Source of the DNA: Escherichia phage QL01
Reading direction: 5' to 3' (one strand)
DNA: 64,000 bases
Sequence record: NC_028847.1
The position numbers and the translations under genes were made by a program. The notes beneath the pieces are model-generated. The model was not told the DNA's origin. It searched no databases and was given only the letters and a program-made list of their open reading frames with translations. Positions within the stretch are counted from its first letter, which is position 1. Every line of letters starts with the position of its first letter. Below, one piece after another: positions 19,201 to 31,875 of this stretch.

Positions 19201-19345
19201 ACGTATTAAAAAGCATAGTCCATTGTTTGACCAAAGTGCTGTGACCTTTGCCAATTGGCGTGCACTGGTTGATAAGCGTCTTAAAGACGATATTGGAAAT
19301 CCTAGAGACCCTAAAGTTCCAACTCAGGTAAAAATTAATGATTAA
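16250..19345 (+). CDS. 7: gp7 baseplate wedge protein
   Basis: 1031 aa, synteny and size (T4 gp7 1032 aa). Confidence 0.85.
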   Translation: MSVQAPYVTSLRIDKLSANHVSILWDDVGANFYYFVELAQTKDAGVEIPDDRLFWRNLGYTPNNEWFEEAFISPNSFYKMRVAVAAQGFEQSEWVYTEEFETFSTNAYTFEHMREFTLSNKFIEEKFTKNNQNYVNFNTDAIMASLMTEDFNFTPAYSHLSSISNYVLKADRFHEIQGSIQAVCKDPKRSILMELGGVLYLLERFQSTAKVSNDKGQNWHYIRLFNDRVGNPVSRTAHYQTETTTYVLGYDQIFYGRKSSDIRWSADDVRFSSQDITFAKIGSDIDLPFEIEIFGSYAKLPLPISTIAEAICASDDFIYVAGRDRVYKAKTSEAPIDTDPSSPTYGEKIFESRYSTITGNPKAVCYKLDSIQGHTFALITGEVKEEKMDPTVESNVVDSESKGVYWLDTSTDTWTRVFGNTEEERRRIEHGYTSMSTDGEELFFSSSNFRYEVEVDSELPLEYPEIVTSAVKYVKDEQWIHDKHYLMMSFRSNSKSDFKEFKPGRMAYYAEPFFSWSRRDGTRSWITTGDHAMVVYNDALYQKIIDLNSGSSPERIVHEIWNKGFCKVTSPNIEFNGFKKYSSGMMIHKSTGELVGYFEFDYRVRDEVRVIWKPKEIMFTAELQNQEHEIPWKPKEEVGEQDPDLQPLLVKMIPDSYLLQDSNFEKFCEYYLQFISDGSGTHYNNLLNLIRNQYPREEDSWEYLWSEIYKRNIYLSKEKRDEVVRFFQARQTDFWSTKGTEASYKFLFKLLYNEDVEIDIESKNSIEYDIIVESDNISEDIVGQTIYTPTGRSNVTYIERNYKDGKLQWRLTIHNLLGRFIVGQEIKSERTSFKGMIVQGVRGKELLSNNIDYINRNRSYYVMTIKSNLPTSRYRNDVLRFVHPVGFGFVGITLLSMFVNVGLTLKHTETIINILKNYKWDSGLPSEWYDRVAVIGFDGNIERDPRTGLPVYNVGPKAGEPFDIPADYDAENDFSVFQGQLPHKRIKKHSPLFDQSAVTFANWRALVDKRLKDDIGNPRDPKVPTQVKIND

Positions 19346-20342
19346 TTCTACAGTAGTTTATCGTTCTATTGTTACTTCAAAATTTAGAACGGAAAAAATG
19401 TACAACTTTTACAGAACAATAGGTGATGGTGAAGACCAGAACACCATGTATGTATCTTTCGGAAGGGCCCGACCATGGGCCGATAACGAAAACGACCCTG
19501 GTTTTGCCCCGCCTTATCCTGTAGATGATTCTGAGGGCGTAGAAGACGTCTGGACAAACATGATGGGTTGTGTTAAGGTTTATAAGAGCATGTTGGATTG
19601 TGTTGTCCCGCGCAAAGACTGGGGCGATACCTCTTATCCTAATCCGTTTACTTTCCAGATTGGTGAAATTGTAGTGGCGAACAGCCAGCCGCAAAACCGT
19701 ACTGATGTCGGTGCCGGGTGGATGGTTTATCGTTGTGTAGATATCCCAGAATCAGGTACATGTTCTATTTTGTCCCTTGATAATAAAACCGAGTGTATTA
19801 AACTTGGTGGTAAATGGACCTCAAATGTACAGTCGGTTAAAGCCCCTGCAGGACAAGGCGATACGGAAGGTATGGTTGATACGGGTGATGGGTATCTCTG
19901 GGAATATTTGTATGAGATTCCACCTGATGTAAGTATTAACCGTTGCACTAATGAATATATTGTAGTACCATGGCCAGAAGAAATTGCCGAAGACCCTGAA
20001 CGTTGGGGATACGAGAATAATCTTACTTGGCAGCAAGACGATTATGGATTGATTTATCGTATTAAAGGCAATACCATTCGTTTTAAAGCATTCTTAGATT
20101 CAGTTTACTTCCCTGAATTTAGTCTTCCTGGTAACAAAGGATTTAGACAGCTTTCGATAATTTCTAATCCATTAGAAGCTAAAGCTCACCCATCCGATCC
20201 GATCATTAAAGCCGAAAAAGAGTACTATGATGTTATAGACCTCTCCCGCCATTCAGGTGAAATGATTTATATGGAAAACCGTCCTCCGGTTATTCGTTCC
20301 ATGGACCAAACAGAAGAAATTAACATTATCTTCGAATTCTAA
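19338..20342 (+). CDS. 8: gp8 baseplate wedge protein
   Basis: 334 aa, synteny and size. Confidence 0.85.
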   Translation: MINSTVVYRSIVTSKFRTEKMYNFYRTIGDGEDQNTMYVSFGRARPWADNENDPGFAPPYPVDDSEGVEDVWTNMMGCVKVYKSMLDCVVPRKDWGDTSYPNPFTFQIGEIVVANSQPQNRTDVGAGWMVYRCVDIPESGTCSILSLDNKTECIKLGGKWTSNVQSVKAPAGQGDTEGMVDTGDGYLWEYLYEIPPDVSINRCTNEYIVVPWPEEIAEDPERWGYENNLTWQQDDYGLIYRIKGNTIRFKAFLDSVYFPEFSLPGNKGFRQLSIISNPLEAKAHPSDPIIKAEKEYYDVIDLSRHSGEMIYMENRPPVIRSMDQTEEINIIFEF

Positions 20343-20345
20343 TAA

Positions 20346-20370
20346 GGGCCGCAAGGCCCTTTCGGGTTTA
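20346..20370 (+). terminator. intrinsic terminator after gp8
   Basis: gggccgcaaggccc hairpin (GCAA loop) followed by tttcgggttt; coordinates approximate. Confidence 0.5.
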
Positions 20371-20403
20371 ATAAATACAGTATATCAATAATGAGGCATA
20401 CCT

Positions 20404-21264
20404 ATGATTAAGCAAACTGGTAAAGAACTAATTGACGTCGGTGAAATTGGTAATGCCAGCACCGGCGACATTCTTTATGATGGCGGTGTTAAACTGAACA
20501 CTGACTTAAACAACATATATAATACTTTCGGCGACCAACGCAAAACTGCTTTAACTGGTGAATTAACCGGTCAGAAATTACACGCTACAGGTTATTATCA
20601 AAAATTTGGTGATATGGACCAAGCAAGCTCAGTAGATTTAGGCTCTTTGGTGGATATCGATGCTTCTACCGGTTCTATCGTATTAACCACTGTAAAAGGT
20701 GCAGTCGGTGAAGGAATCGAGATTATCAACTCTAACGGGAGTATTTCTTCCACTAATTATCTTGAAATCCGTATATTGGATACTTTTGCAAGCCATTCAA
20801 CTTCGACTTTGCGTATCGTAACACCCTATACACGGGTTCTTTTATGGTGTGTATCGGATACAAACGGCGTTGCAGTATGGGATTATTCAATTGAAAGTAT
20901 GTTTGGTGATAAACGAGTTCCATTAAATAAGACATATAATATATCTTCTGTCGCTCGTGATATTCCGGTGGTTTATTCCGGCCAGTATTCATTGGTCAAA
21001 CTTTTAGTTACGGCAGTGAATGCCAACGAAACCATTTACAAAGCTTCAGAATATCTTGTGTTTATCGACAACCAAGCTAAAAAGATTTATTCCACCGAAT
21101 ACGCTGTTATTAAACGTGGTCAAACTTCAGATGATGACGAAATTTATTCCCTAGATTTTAAATTCGATACATCAAACTATATTATCGCGACCGCTTCTTC
21201 TGTCAATCCTATGAGGCTTGCAATTAAGGTCGTAGAAACCCAAACTATTGGAGTTCCAGTATAA
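20404..21264 (+). CDS. 9: gp9 baseplate wedge / long tail fibre socket
   Basis: 286 aa, synteny and size. Confidence 0.85.
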   Translation: MIKQTGKELIDVGEIGNASTGDILYDGGVKLNTDLNNIYNTFGDQRKTALTGELTGQKLHATGYYQKFGDMDQASSVDLGSLVDIDASTGSIVLTTVKGAVGEGIEIINSNGSISSTNYLEIRILDTFASHSTSTLRIVTPYTRVLLWCVSDTNGVAVWDYSIESMFGDKRVPLNKTYNISSVARDIPVVYSGQYSLVKLLVTAVNANETIYKASEYLVFIDNQAKKIYSTEYAVIKRGQTSDDDEIYSLDFKFDTSNYIIATASSVNPMRLAIKVVETQTIGVPV

Positions 21265-23075
21265 TGAAACAAGACTTAAAAGTAGGTTCCGCTGTTGATG
21301 ACGGGTCCGGTGATTACCTGCGTGCAGGTGGTCTTAAAATTAATAACAACTTCAATGAGCTTTATTACCAATTAGGTGATGGCAACAACCCTCATGCAGC
21401 AGGCGCTTGGAAACAGCATTCTACTGCAGATGGTGCTTTGTTGAACGCTGTAATGGGTCATAGCTATACCCTTAATACTCAAGGTGGGCGTATTAACGTT
21501 CAGCTTCCTAAAGGCTCTCCTGAAGAATATAACTTTGTTATCCGTGTACGTGATGTGTATTCCTCATGGCAAGCTAACCCTGTAACCCTAATCCCTGCCA
21601 CGGGTGATACCATTAAGGGTTCAGCTACTCAAGTAGAAATTGCTCGCAACTTCTCGGACCTTGAATTAGTTTATTGTGCCCCAGGACGATGGGAATACGT
21701 TGAAAATAAGCAAGTAAACCGTATTCCAAATAACGACCTCGCTACTGTAGCAACTAAGCAGTTTATTGCCACTGAAGGCCAAACAGATTTTCTAGACATT
21801 TTCCCAGGGCTTTCTTATAACGTAGCAAGTTTAAGCGTTTCGCAACGTGGTAACAATTTGTTCTACGGTGTTGATGATATTTTTGATGCGGCTACTGCAG
21901 AGTTCGGTTCTCCGGGTGCTCAACCAGGCGAATTGGTTGCCTTGAATGGTAAAGACATCCGTTTAAAATATCCTTGTGAAGCAGGTGATACTGTTATTAT
22001 CAAATCATATAATGACGGGCTTGCTCAATGGCGCAGTTCTTATAACCGCCGTGATATAACAATCCAAAGTTCAGAATTGACTAAAAACGTTTCTGTTCCT
22101 GGTTCTTCTTTCGTGGCTGATTTGAATACTTCGCATGTTATATCGGCCGCAGATTTGAATATTTCTGTTAACAGCCCTATCAACCCAAATGCTTGTCAAG
22201 TCATGCTTAATAGCACATTACTTCATCAAGCGGGTACAGCAGGACTTCCTTCGTTTTATTGTGAAGGTGCTGATGGTCGTACTGCTACCGAGTGTTTTAA
22301 TGCTGGTGGTCAATGGACCCAATCTAAATCAGATTATATTTTTAATTTGACTCCTGAAGACAAGATTGAATCTATTGAATTTGGACGTAACTTTGAACAC
22401 GGCGATATTCTTACAGTAATTTGGTACAATAATGATATCGGTACCACCATGGAAATTGATGAGATTTTGGATTATACCAACAACATCTATATTTCTAAAG
22501 GGCCTTCTATCGATATAACAGGTCAAGTTCGTATCACTGATGTAGACAATCCTTTTGCACCTAACGTTGAACCGGTCGCCGCGTCCAATATTACAATAGA
22601 TACAGCAGCAACGTTTTTTGATTTGGTTTATCCAATAGGAACCATCTATGAGAATACGGTGAACCCTAATAACCCTAAAACTTATATGGGCTTTGGTTCA
22701 TGGAAGCGTTTATCTGATGTGTTCTTGGTAGGTTGGTCTCCTGACGCTAGTTCTTTGTTTAATGCAAATAACAACGATCTGGATTCTGCCGGTATTCCAC
22801 AGTCAACTGCTGGCGGTACTGGTGGCGCTCATGTGGCTAATTTGAAATATGAGAATATCCCTGAACTTAATACCGATGATAAAGTCCTTATTGCTGATAA
22901 CGATGGCCCTATTTTTGTAGGTGGGTGTTTAGTTGACCCTGATTCACAAGGACCGGCTTATACAAAATATCGTGAAGATAAAGCCAGTATTAATAAGGCT
23001 CAAGGAACCACTCCTATCCCGGTTAATACTCTACCGCCATACTTAACTGTTCATCGCTGGATGAGGATTGCATAA
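21264..23075 (+). CDS. 10: gp10 baseplate wedge protein
   Basis: 603 aa, synteny and size. Confidence 0.85.
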   Translation: MKQDLKVGSAVDDGSGDYLRAGGLKINNNFNELYYQLGDGNNPHAAGAWKQHSTADGALLNAVMGHSYTLNTQGGRINVQLPKGSPEEYNFVIRVRDVYSSWQANPVTLIPATGDTIKGSATQVEIARNFSDLELVYCAPGRWEYVENKQVNRIPNNDLATVATKQFIATEGQTDFLDIFPGLSYNVASLSVSQRGNNLFYGVDDIFDAATAEFGSPGAQPGELVALNGKDIRLKYPCEAGDTVIIKSYNDGLAQWRSSYNRRDITIQSSELTKNVSVPGSSFVADLNTSHVISAADLNISVNSPINPNACQVMLNSTLLHQAGTAGLPSFYCEGADGRTATECFNAGGQWTQSKSDYIFNLTPEDKIESIEFGRNFEHGDILTVIWYNNDIGTTMEIDEILDYTNNIYISKGPSIDITGQVRITDVDNPFAPNVEPVAASNITIDTAATFFDLVYPIGTIYENTVNPNNPKTYMGFGSWKRLSDVFLVGWSPDASSLFNANNNDLDSAGIPQSTAGGTGGAHVANLKYENIPELNTDDKVLIADNDGPIFVGGCLVDPDSQGPAYTKYREDKASINKAQGTTPIPVNTLPPYLTVHRWMRIA

Positions 23076-23740
23076 TGACTTTAACTGAAATGAAAAGCGG
23101 GCTAAAATCCCGCTTAGCCGATTATTTGGAATTATCTTACACTAGTGACAAGCCTACTGCTGTCGCTGACCAACGTCCTATCGGTGGTCCTTCTGCAAAC
23201 CAAACTCAGAAGGGTGTTTATTTTCCTACGGTCCAAAGTGCAATAGATGATATTGCATTTAGAACAGAGCTTCCTGTGAACTCTGTTATTATTACCACAG
23301 AAAACAGAGCACCTGGATTTATCCAGCAATCTGATAAAATTACATTTACCGGTTCTATTTCTTCAGGCGGTGAACTTGGCGACCCGGTTATTATTAAAGT
23401 GTTCGGACTTCCTGTAGAGGTCTTAGTTGGCGATTCATCTGTATTGGTTGCATCTAAAGTAAATGATGTGTTTTTAGACGCTATTGCTAATAGCTATATT
23501 TTAGCCGAAACTGCTATTGATGCCTTAGACCAATCTACCTTGAATATTAAATACAATGACTATCAGAATCATATTTTTTCACCATATAAACAATCGGGTT
23601 GTACAATTTCCCATACTATAGTCCAACAGCCAAGGGCTGGATACGGTAAGTGGGAATACTTAGGTAACTCTACCCAATCGTTAGCAGGTGGTACAGTTAA
23701 CGGCACGATTCCTTTATATTACTATAAGAGATTATATTAA
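23075..23740 (+). CDS. 11: gp11 baseplate wedge / short tail fibre attachment
   Basis: 221 aa, synteny and size. Confidence 0.85.
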   Translation: MTLTEMKSGLKSRLADYLELSYTSDKPTAVADQRPIGGPSANQTQKGVYFPTVQSAIDDIAFRTELPVNSVIITTENRAPGFIQQSDKITFTGSISSGGELGDPVIIKVFGLPVEVLVGDSSVLVASKVNDVFLDAIANSYILAETAIDALDQSTLNIKYNDYQNHIFSPYKQSGCTISHTIVQQPRAGYGKWEYLGNSTQSLAGGTVNGTIPLYYYKRLY

Positions 23741-25266
23741 TGTCAACAAACACACTAAAACACATTAGTGATAAATCGGAATTCAAATCATTCGACCCTA
23801 CTGGGTCGAATTTCCCGCCTGATATTACTAATGTTCAAGAAGCATTGGCAACTATTTCATTAATCGGCGTCACAGGTAATGTTCCTTCAGCTACAGAAAC
23901 GTCCCAAGGCATTATTCGTCTTGCCACAACACAAGAAGTAATGGATGGTCTGGATGCTTATAGTGCAGTGACACCGGCAACTTTAAAAGCCCGTTTAGAT
24001 ATTCCTACTCAGGCAACAGAAACTTATGTAGGTATCACCCGTTATGCTACTAACGCTGAAGCTATAGCAGGCACAGAGCCCCAGGCTGCAATCGTAGCAA
24101 CTTCTTTGAAAGCGGTAATGGATTATACATTTGAGAACCGTTTATCAACAGAGAACGCCACAGGCGTTATCAAGATTTCAACTACACCTGCCGCATTAGC
24201 TGGTACCGATGATACCACAGCAATGACCCCACTTAAAGTATCTCAGGCAATTGGTGCAGCGACGGCCGCGTTACCGGTTTATTCTACAGCAACGACTACA
24301 AATGAAGGTTTAGTTCGTTTAGCGACCAATGCAGAGGTTGGTAATGGAAGTCTTTCGGTAGGTATCGCTATTTCTCCGGCAGGATTAGCCACATTAACTT
24401 CCACCGAAGAACGAAGCGGTATTATTAAACTCGCAGGTTGGGATATGGTATCTAATGGTACCGACCATACCGCCGCAGTTACACCGGCTTCTTTGTTAGC
24501 TCGTACAGGTAATACTGGACGTATTGGGTTGGTTCGTTTATCTACTACTGTAGGCCAAGGCGATGGTAATACGGCGCTGGCTTATAATGCTAACGTTATT
24601 TCTACTTCAGGCGGCGAAATATGGGGTACTTTAAACGTTAATGGAGCATTACGTCGTAATGGTGTTGATGTTGTTACCCATGACCAATTATCAGATAGCG
24701 TTCCGGTGGGTACTATTTGCATGTGGGGTGGCAATGAAGGTAATATACCTGGTAAATGGCGTGCTTGTGTAGGTGGGACTTACACTGGTGGTGCATATTT
24801 AAATGCTGTTGGTGGGCGTTGGGGATGGTGGGGTGCTATTCCAGATTTCCGTGGATTATATCCTCGTGGCGCTAACATGGTCGGTGGATATTCTGAAGGC
24901 GAAGTTAACCCGCATATTGCCGGTAACCGAGGAGAAGACGGTAAAGGTAAAGCCCGTTTAGGTAATGGTGTTGGTTCTTTCCCGCAATCTTCCGTTCAAG
25001 CCCAAGCATTACGTTATCATAAACATGCTGGTGGTTTTGGTGAACATGATAACTATGGCGCTTTTGGTAACACCGCTAACTCCGGATATGTTGGTACTCG
25101 TAAAGGCCTTGACTGGGATAACCGTAGTTATTATACCAACGAAGGTTTTGAGACCACCGATCCTTGGAACCGTGATGGACATACCACATTGAATAGTGAA
25201 GGTCTTATTGCCAACGAAACACGTCCATGGACAATGTCCGTTCTTTTTATTATTAAAGTAGAATAA
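23740..25266 (+). CDS. 12: gp12 short tail fibre
   Basis: 508 aa, repetitive Gly/Thr-rich fibre sequence, synteny. Confidence 0.85.
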   Translation: MSTNTLKHISDKSEFKSFDPTGSNFPPDITNVQEALATISLIGVTGNVPSATETSQGIIRLATTQEVMDGLDAYSAVTPATLKARLDIPTQATETYVGITRYATNAEAIAGTEPQAAIVATSLKAVMDYTFENRLSTENATGVIKISTTPAALAGTDDTTAMTPLKVSQAIGAATAALPVYSTATTTNEGLVRLATNAEVGNGSLSVGIAISPAGLATLTSTEERSGIIKLAGWDMVSNGTDHTAAVTPASLLARTGNTGRIGLVRLSTTVGQGDGNTALAYNANVISTSGGEIWGTLNVNGALRRNGVDVVTHDQLSDSVPVGTICMWGGNEGNIPGKWRACVGGTYTGGAYLNAVGGRWGWWGAIPDFRGLYPRGANMVGGYSEGEVNPHIAGNRGEDGKGKARLGNGVGSFPQSSVQAQALRYHKHAGGFGEHDNYGAFGNTANSGYVGTRKGLDWDNRSYYTNEGFETTDPWNRDGHTTLNSEGLIANETRPWTMSVLFIIKVE

Positions 25267-25275
25267 GGGTAAAAA

Positions 25276-26865
25276 ATGATTAACAAATTGGAACTTAGTG
25301 AGTTACCATTTGTTGACGGCGTACCTGATGCTCCTCAAAAGCGTATCCAATGGATACGCGAGGGTGATTGTATGTCTGCAGCAAAAACAAAATACGGCAA
25401 TGAAGGTAATTTGAACGCTGCTGCTTTAGGAGTTCAGAAAAACGTTGAAGCTCTTGATGCGAATGATTTGAAAACCGCAGATAAAGTTAACGAACTGGTA
25501 GAAAACGTTAATAATATCAATGATGCCTTAGAAATGGCTACGGATATTTCCGTCATCCAACAAATTGAGAAAAACCGTGTTGATATCGTAGAGCTTAAGA
25601 GAGTAGAAGGCGAAACCACTACTGGGCTAAACAATTTAACCATAAATTTAGACCACCTAAAAGAAGACGTTGGTTACCATGACCCTTTACAAGATGGCCC
25701 ATATTTAACTGTACGTGAAAATATTGTTCTTCTTAAAACCGAAATAGGTCATTATGAAAACCAGGATATAAATGGTAATCCGTTGCCTCCTGGTGAAACC
25801 AGCGAAGCCACCGGTATGAAACGTCGCATCATTGATAATACCACTCAATTGGTCGACCATCGTCTTCGCATTGATACCCTTGAAAGGAATTATGAAGATT
25901 CTGACGTCGGGCAACTAGGTATTAAATTAAATGAAATTCGTGCTGAACTCGGGCCCCATTCCGATACGGTAGGTAAACAACAGGCTTATACCCGAATTTC
26001 TGTATTAGAAACGGCTGCAATTAATTTCAATACATCTATCGACGAAATTAAGACTAATATTGATTTCTCCGGTATGCCTATAAAGGACCGAGTAACTACT
26101 TTAGAAAGCAAAACTCTTACCCTAGAAAATTCAGTCAACGTTGATTTAAAACCTCGTGTAACATCAATTGAAACCCAAATAGGTTCTGAATCAACTCCTA
26201 CTTCTATTAATGGACGTTTAAGCGGTCTTCGTACTGATGTAAATGACCTTAAAACCATAGTGGGTGTTAGTTCAAGTGATGGCTTACGTTTCCAAGTTAC
26301 TGATATCAACCGCCGTTTAGGTAGTGAAGTATCTCCGGCAGCTGGGACCATTAATAAGCGTTTAAATGACGTTATTATCCAAGCAAACCAATCTACTTCA
26401 TCTATCCAGGATATTCAAGTAGAAATTGGAAATAACCAATCCGGTATTAAGGGTACTTTACTTAAACTCACCAATAAGGTTGACGGGACAAACCCTAACG
26501 GTACTACTGTAGAAGAACGTGGTCTTATTAACGCGGTTACTTCTTTAGAAACCCAGATGTTAGGTAAGTTGAATGATGCCCCTTCCGATGGTAAGCTTTA
26601 TGCTCGTCGTAATGCTACGTGGACCGAAGTTCCTAACGTTTCTACTGAAATAGGGACCGTTAAAGCTGATTTAGTTGTTACCGATGGTAATGTGGCAGCT
26701 TTAACTTCTAGAGTTACTACAGCAGAAGATAAAATCACTGCATTAGAAACTGAACTTGCTAAACGTCCACCAGTGGCTCCAGTTGCTGATGGACTTCCAT
26801 ATGTTCTTGTTGATAATGCGTGGGTGCTATTGTCAGATTTTGTGACTTTAAACCCAGCACCATAA
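25276..26865 (+). CDS. wac: fibritin (whisker antigen control)
   Basis: 529 aa coiled-coil-rich protein after gp12. Confidence 0.8.
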   Translation: MINKLELSELPFVDGVPDAPQKRIQWIREGDCMSAAKTKYGNEGNLNAAALGVQKNVEALDANDLKTADKVNELVENVNNINDALEMATDISVIQQIEKNRVDIVELKRVEGETTTGLNNLTINLDHLKEDVGYHDPLQDGPYLTVRENIVLLKTEIGHYENQDINGNPLPPGETSEATGMKRRIIDNTTQLVDHRLRIDTLERNYEDSDVGQLGIKLNEIRAELGPHSDTVGKQQAYTRISVLETAAINFNTSIDEIKTNIDFSGMPIKDRVTTLESKTLTLENSVNVDLKPRVTSIETQIGSESTPTSINGRLSGLRTDVNDLKTIVGVSSSDGLRFQVTDINRRLGSEVSPAAGTINKRLNDVIIQANQSTSSIQDIQVEIGNNQSGIKGTLLKLTNKVDGTNPNGTTVEERGLINAVTSLETQMLGKLNDAPSDGKLYARRNATWTEVPNVSTEIGTVKADLVVTDGNVAALTSRVTTAEDKITALETELAKRPPVAPVADGLPYVLVDNAWVLLSDFVTLNPAP

Positions 26866-26888
26866 TAAAAGGGCTTCGGCCCTTTTTT
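26866..26888 (+). terminator. intrinsic terminator after wac
   Basis: gggcttcggccc hairpin (UUCG loop) followed by tttttt. Confidence 0.55.
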
Positions 26889-26890
26889 GC

Positions 26891-26898
26891 TATAAATA
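26891..26898 (+). promoter_or_regulatory. late promoter TATAAATA for gp13
   Basis: exact TATAAATA about 22 nt upstream of gp13 ATG. Confidence 0.55.
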
Positions 26899-26919
26899 CG
26901 GTTATTAGAGGAATAAACC

Positions 26920-27855
26920 ATGGCAAGTGAATCATATAACCCTAAGCAACTCAAGGACGCAATCCTGCGCCGCCTGGGTGCACCGATTACGAATATTGAA
27001 GTAACTACAGACCAAGTGTACGATTGCATCCAGCGCGCCCTGGAGCTCTACGGTGAGTATCATTATAACGGCTATAACAAAGGTTATCAGGCTTTTTATA
27101 TAGGCCATGATGACGAAGAAAAATTCCGTAACGGCGTATTTGACCTTAAAGGCCGTAATATATTTGCAGTAACACAAATTTTAAGAACTAATGTAGGTTC
27201 TTTAACATCTATGGATGGCCAAGCGACTTATCCATGGTTTACTGATTTTGTATTAGGCCTAGCTGGTATTAACGGCGGTCTTGGAACTTCTTGTAACAGC
27301 TTTGGGCCTAATGCCTTTGGTGCTGACCTCGGGTATTTTACACAATTAATGCAATATCGTTCTATGATGCAGGACCTTTTGGTTCCATTGCCTGATTATT
27401 GGTATAACGATGCCACTGAACAGTTGAAGGTAATGGGTAACTTTGTTAAAGGCGATTTTATTGTAATTGAAGTTTATACTCGCTCTTTTAATGGGGTCGA
27501 TTCTATGGTAGGAAATACCGCAGGATATGGATATGCCTCTGGTGGGTGCGACGAAAATGAATGGAGCCCCGGAGCTATTTGGGATAACCCGGCTCGTCGT
27601 ATTTCAGGTATGAGGGCAGGTGAAGACCTTGGTTTGCAAGATGGTTCATATAATAACCGTTGGGTCAAAGATTATGCGACGGCATTGGTTAAAGAAGTCA
27701 ATGGTAATATTTTGGCCAAACACCAAGGCATGCAACTTGCGGGTGGAACCACTGTAGATGGTATTCGATTGATTGAAGAAGCTCGTTTAGAAAAAGAACG
27801 CCTTCGCGAAGAATTAGATTTACTCGACCCACCAACACCTATTTTAATTGGATAA
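26920..27855 (+). CDS. 13: gp13 neck protein
   Basis: 311 aa, strong resemblance to recalled T4 gp13. Confidence 0.9.
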   Translation: MASESYNPKQLKDAILRRLGAPITNIEVTTDQVYDCIQRALELYGEYHYNGYNKGYQAFYIGHDDEEKFRNGVFDLKGRNIFAVTQILRTNVGSLTSMDGQATYPWFTDFVLGLAGINGGLGTSCNSFGPNAFGADLGYFTQLMQYRSMMQDLLVPLPDYWYNDATEQLKVMGNFVKGDFIVIEVYTRSFNGVDSMVGNTAGYGYASGGCDENEWSPGAIWDNPARRISGMRAGEDLGLQDGSYNNRWVKDYATALVKEVNGNILAKHQGMQLAGGTTVDGIRLIEEARLEKERLREELDLLDPPTPILIG

Positions 27856-27857
27856 TT

Positions 27858-28631
27858 ATGGCTACTTTCGATTCGAGTTTATTTGCCAAGCTGGAAAATA
27901 ATACCGGCTATGCTAACACGAACGAAACTGAAATAATGAATCCGTTCGTCAACTTCTACAAGCATGAGAATACCCAAACATTGGCTGATGCTTTAGTTGC
28001 TGAGTCTATTCAAATGCGTGGTATTGAGCTTTATTATATACCACGTGAATACGTTAATCCAGACCAGCTATTTGGCGAAGACCTTCAGAACAAATTTACT
28101 AAAGCCTGGAAATTTGCAGGTTATTTGGATTCCTTTGAAGGTTATTCCGGTGACAATACTTATTTCAGTAAGTTCGGTATGATGGTTAATGATGAAGTAA
28201 CAATCACAATTAACCCTAACCTTTTTAAACATCAATGCAATGGCACTGAACCTGTTTCAGGTGATTTGATTTATTTCCCAATGGACAACAGCCTATTCGA
28301 AATTAACTGGGTACAACCTTACGACCCATTCTATCAAGTAGGAGCTAACGTCCAGCGGCGCATCACCGCTACCAAGTTCATTTACAATGGTGAAGAACTT
28401 CGCCCTGAATTACAGAGAAATGAAGGTATTAATATCCCTGAGTTTAGTGAGCTTGATTTAATGCCTGTTAAGAATATCGACGGATTGGCTGATATCTCTG
28501 ACATTCAATACGAAGAGGTCAATGAGATTAATGCTGAAGCGGCTGAATTCGTACATCCTTATGTTGTAATTAATGGACGAGGAGAGGATGCTCCTCCTAC
28601 AGCATTTGATGATGCTTTTTTAGATGATTAA
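27858..28631 (+). CDS. 14: gp14 neck protein
   Basis: 257 aa, synteny and size. Confidence 0.85.
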   Translation: MATFDSSLFAKLENNTGYANTNETEIMNPFVNFYKHENTQTLADALVAESIQMRGIELYYIPREYVNPDQLFGEDLQNKFTKAWKFAGYLDSFEGYSGDNTYFSKFGMMVNDEVTITINPNLFKHQCNGTEPVSGDLIYFPMDNSLFEINWVQPYDPFYQVGANVQRRITATKFIYNGEELRPELQRNEGINIPEFSELDLMPVKNIDGLADISDIQYEEVNEINAEAAEFVHPYVVINGRGEDAPPTAFDDAFLDD

Positions 28632-28669
28632 ATAATACATGGCGCATGGTGCGCCATTTAGGAGGTTTG

Positions 28670-29532
28670 ATGTTTGGACATTGGTATAATAGTTCGCTAC
28701 GTCGCTATATTGTTTTGATGGGTGATTTATTTTCCCATGTTCAAGTAGCACGTCAAAGAGAAGATACGGGACTTAAATTTATTAAGGTCCCTATTACGTA
28801 TGCTTCTAAAGAAAGATTTATGGCAAATTTGGGTAAATGGACGGCAGTACAGAATATTCCAAATCCTAATATGACAGCTAAAGAACGGGCCGAACAAAAA
28901 GCTAAAGTGGAAACAGTTCTTCCGCGTATGAACCTCCAAATGGTTGATATGCTTTACAACTCACAATATAAAACAGCCCTTCAAAACAGAACACAAATTC
29001 AATTTGAGAATGGCGACCCACGTAAGCGTGTCAGCCAATATTCTCCTACTCCGGTTAAAATGATTTTCGAACTGGGTATTTACACTAGAACCCAAGATGA
29101 TATGTTCCAAATTGTAGAACAGATTATGCCTTATTTCCAACCTCACTTCAATACAACTATCACTGAACTCTATACAAACGAAATTAAATTTGACCGTGAT
29201 ATCCGTATTGTGTTCCAATCTATAGCAATGGATGAACAATTAGAAGGTGATACCACTTCTAGACGTCGCTTAGAGTGGTCTATGATGTTTGAGGTTAATG
29301 GTTGGTTATATCCTCCTGTGAAGGAAATGGAAGGCGAAATTAAAACCATTTATCTTGATTTCTTTGCCAACTCAAAGGAACTCGCTCCTGAAGGTAATTT
29401 CGAATCGGTTGATAGCGAAGTGGTTCCTAGAGGTGTAGAAGAAAAAGAATGGGACGGTAAGTCCATTCAAACATATTCACAAGATATTCCAGTGCCTGTC
29501 GAGCCAGCGCCTCCAGCACCAAGGAGAAACCC

Positions 29533-29536
<4 letters not shown>
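28670..29536 (+). CDS. 15: gp15 tail sheath stabiliser / tail terminator
   Basis: ORF 28646..29536 trimmed to ATG with AGGAGG RBS ([13 protein letters not shown]... matches recalled T4 gp15 N-terminus). Confidence 0.85.
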
Positions 29537-31846
<2,310 letters not shown>

Positions 31847-31875
31847 ACAATAAAGCATAACCAAGAGGATTCAAA

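Noticed and set aside
16250-19345. Short ORFs nested in or antisense to gp7 (16449..16655, 17011..17202, 17461..17652, 17903..18172, 18476..18673, 18698..18898)
   Set aside because: All lie within a long conserved structural gene and lack start signals.
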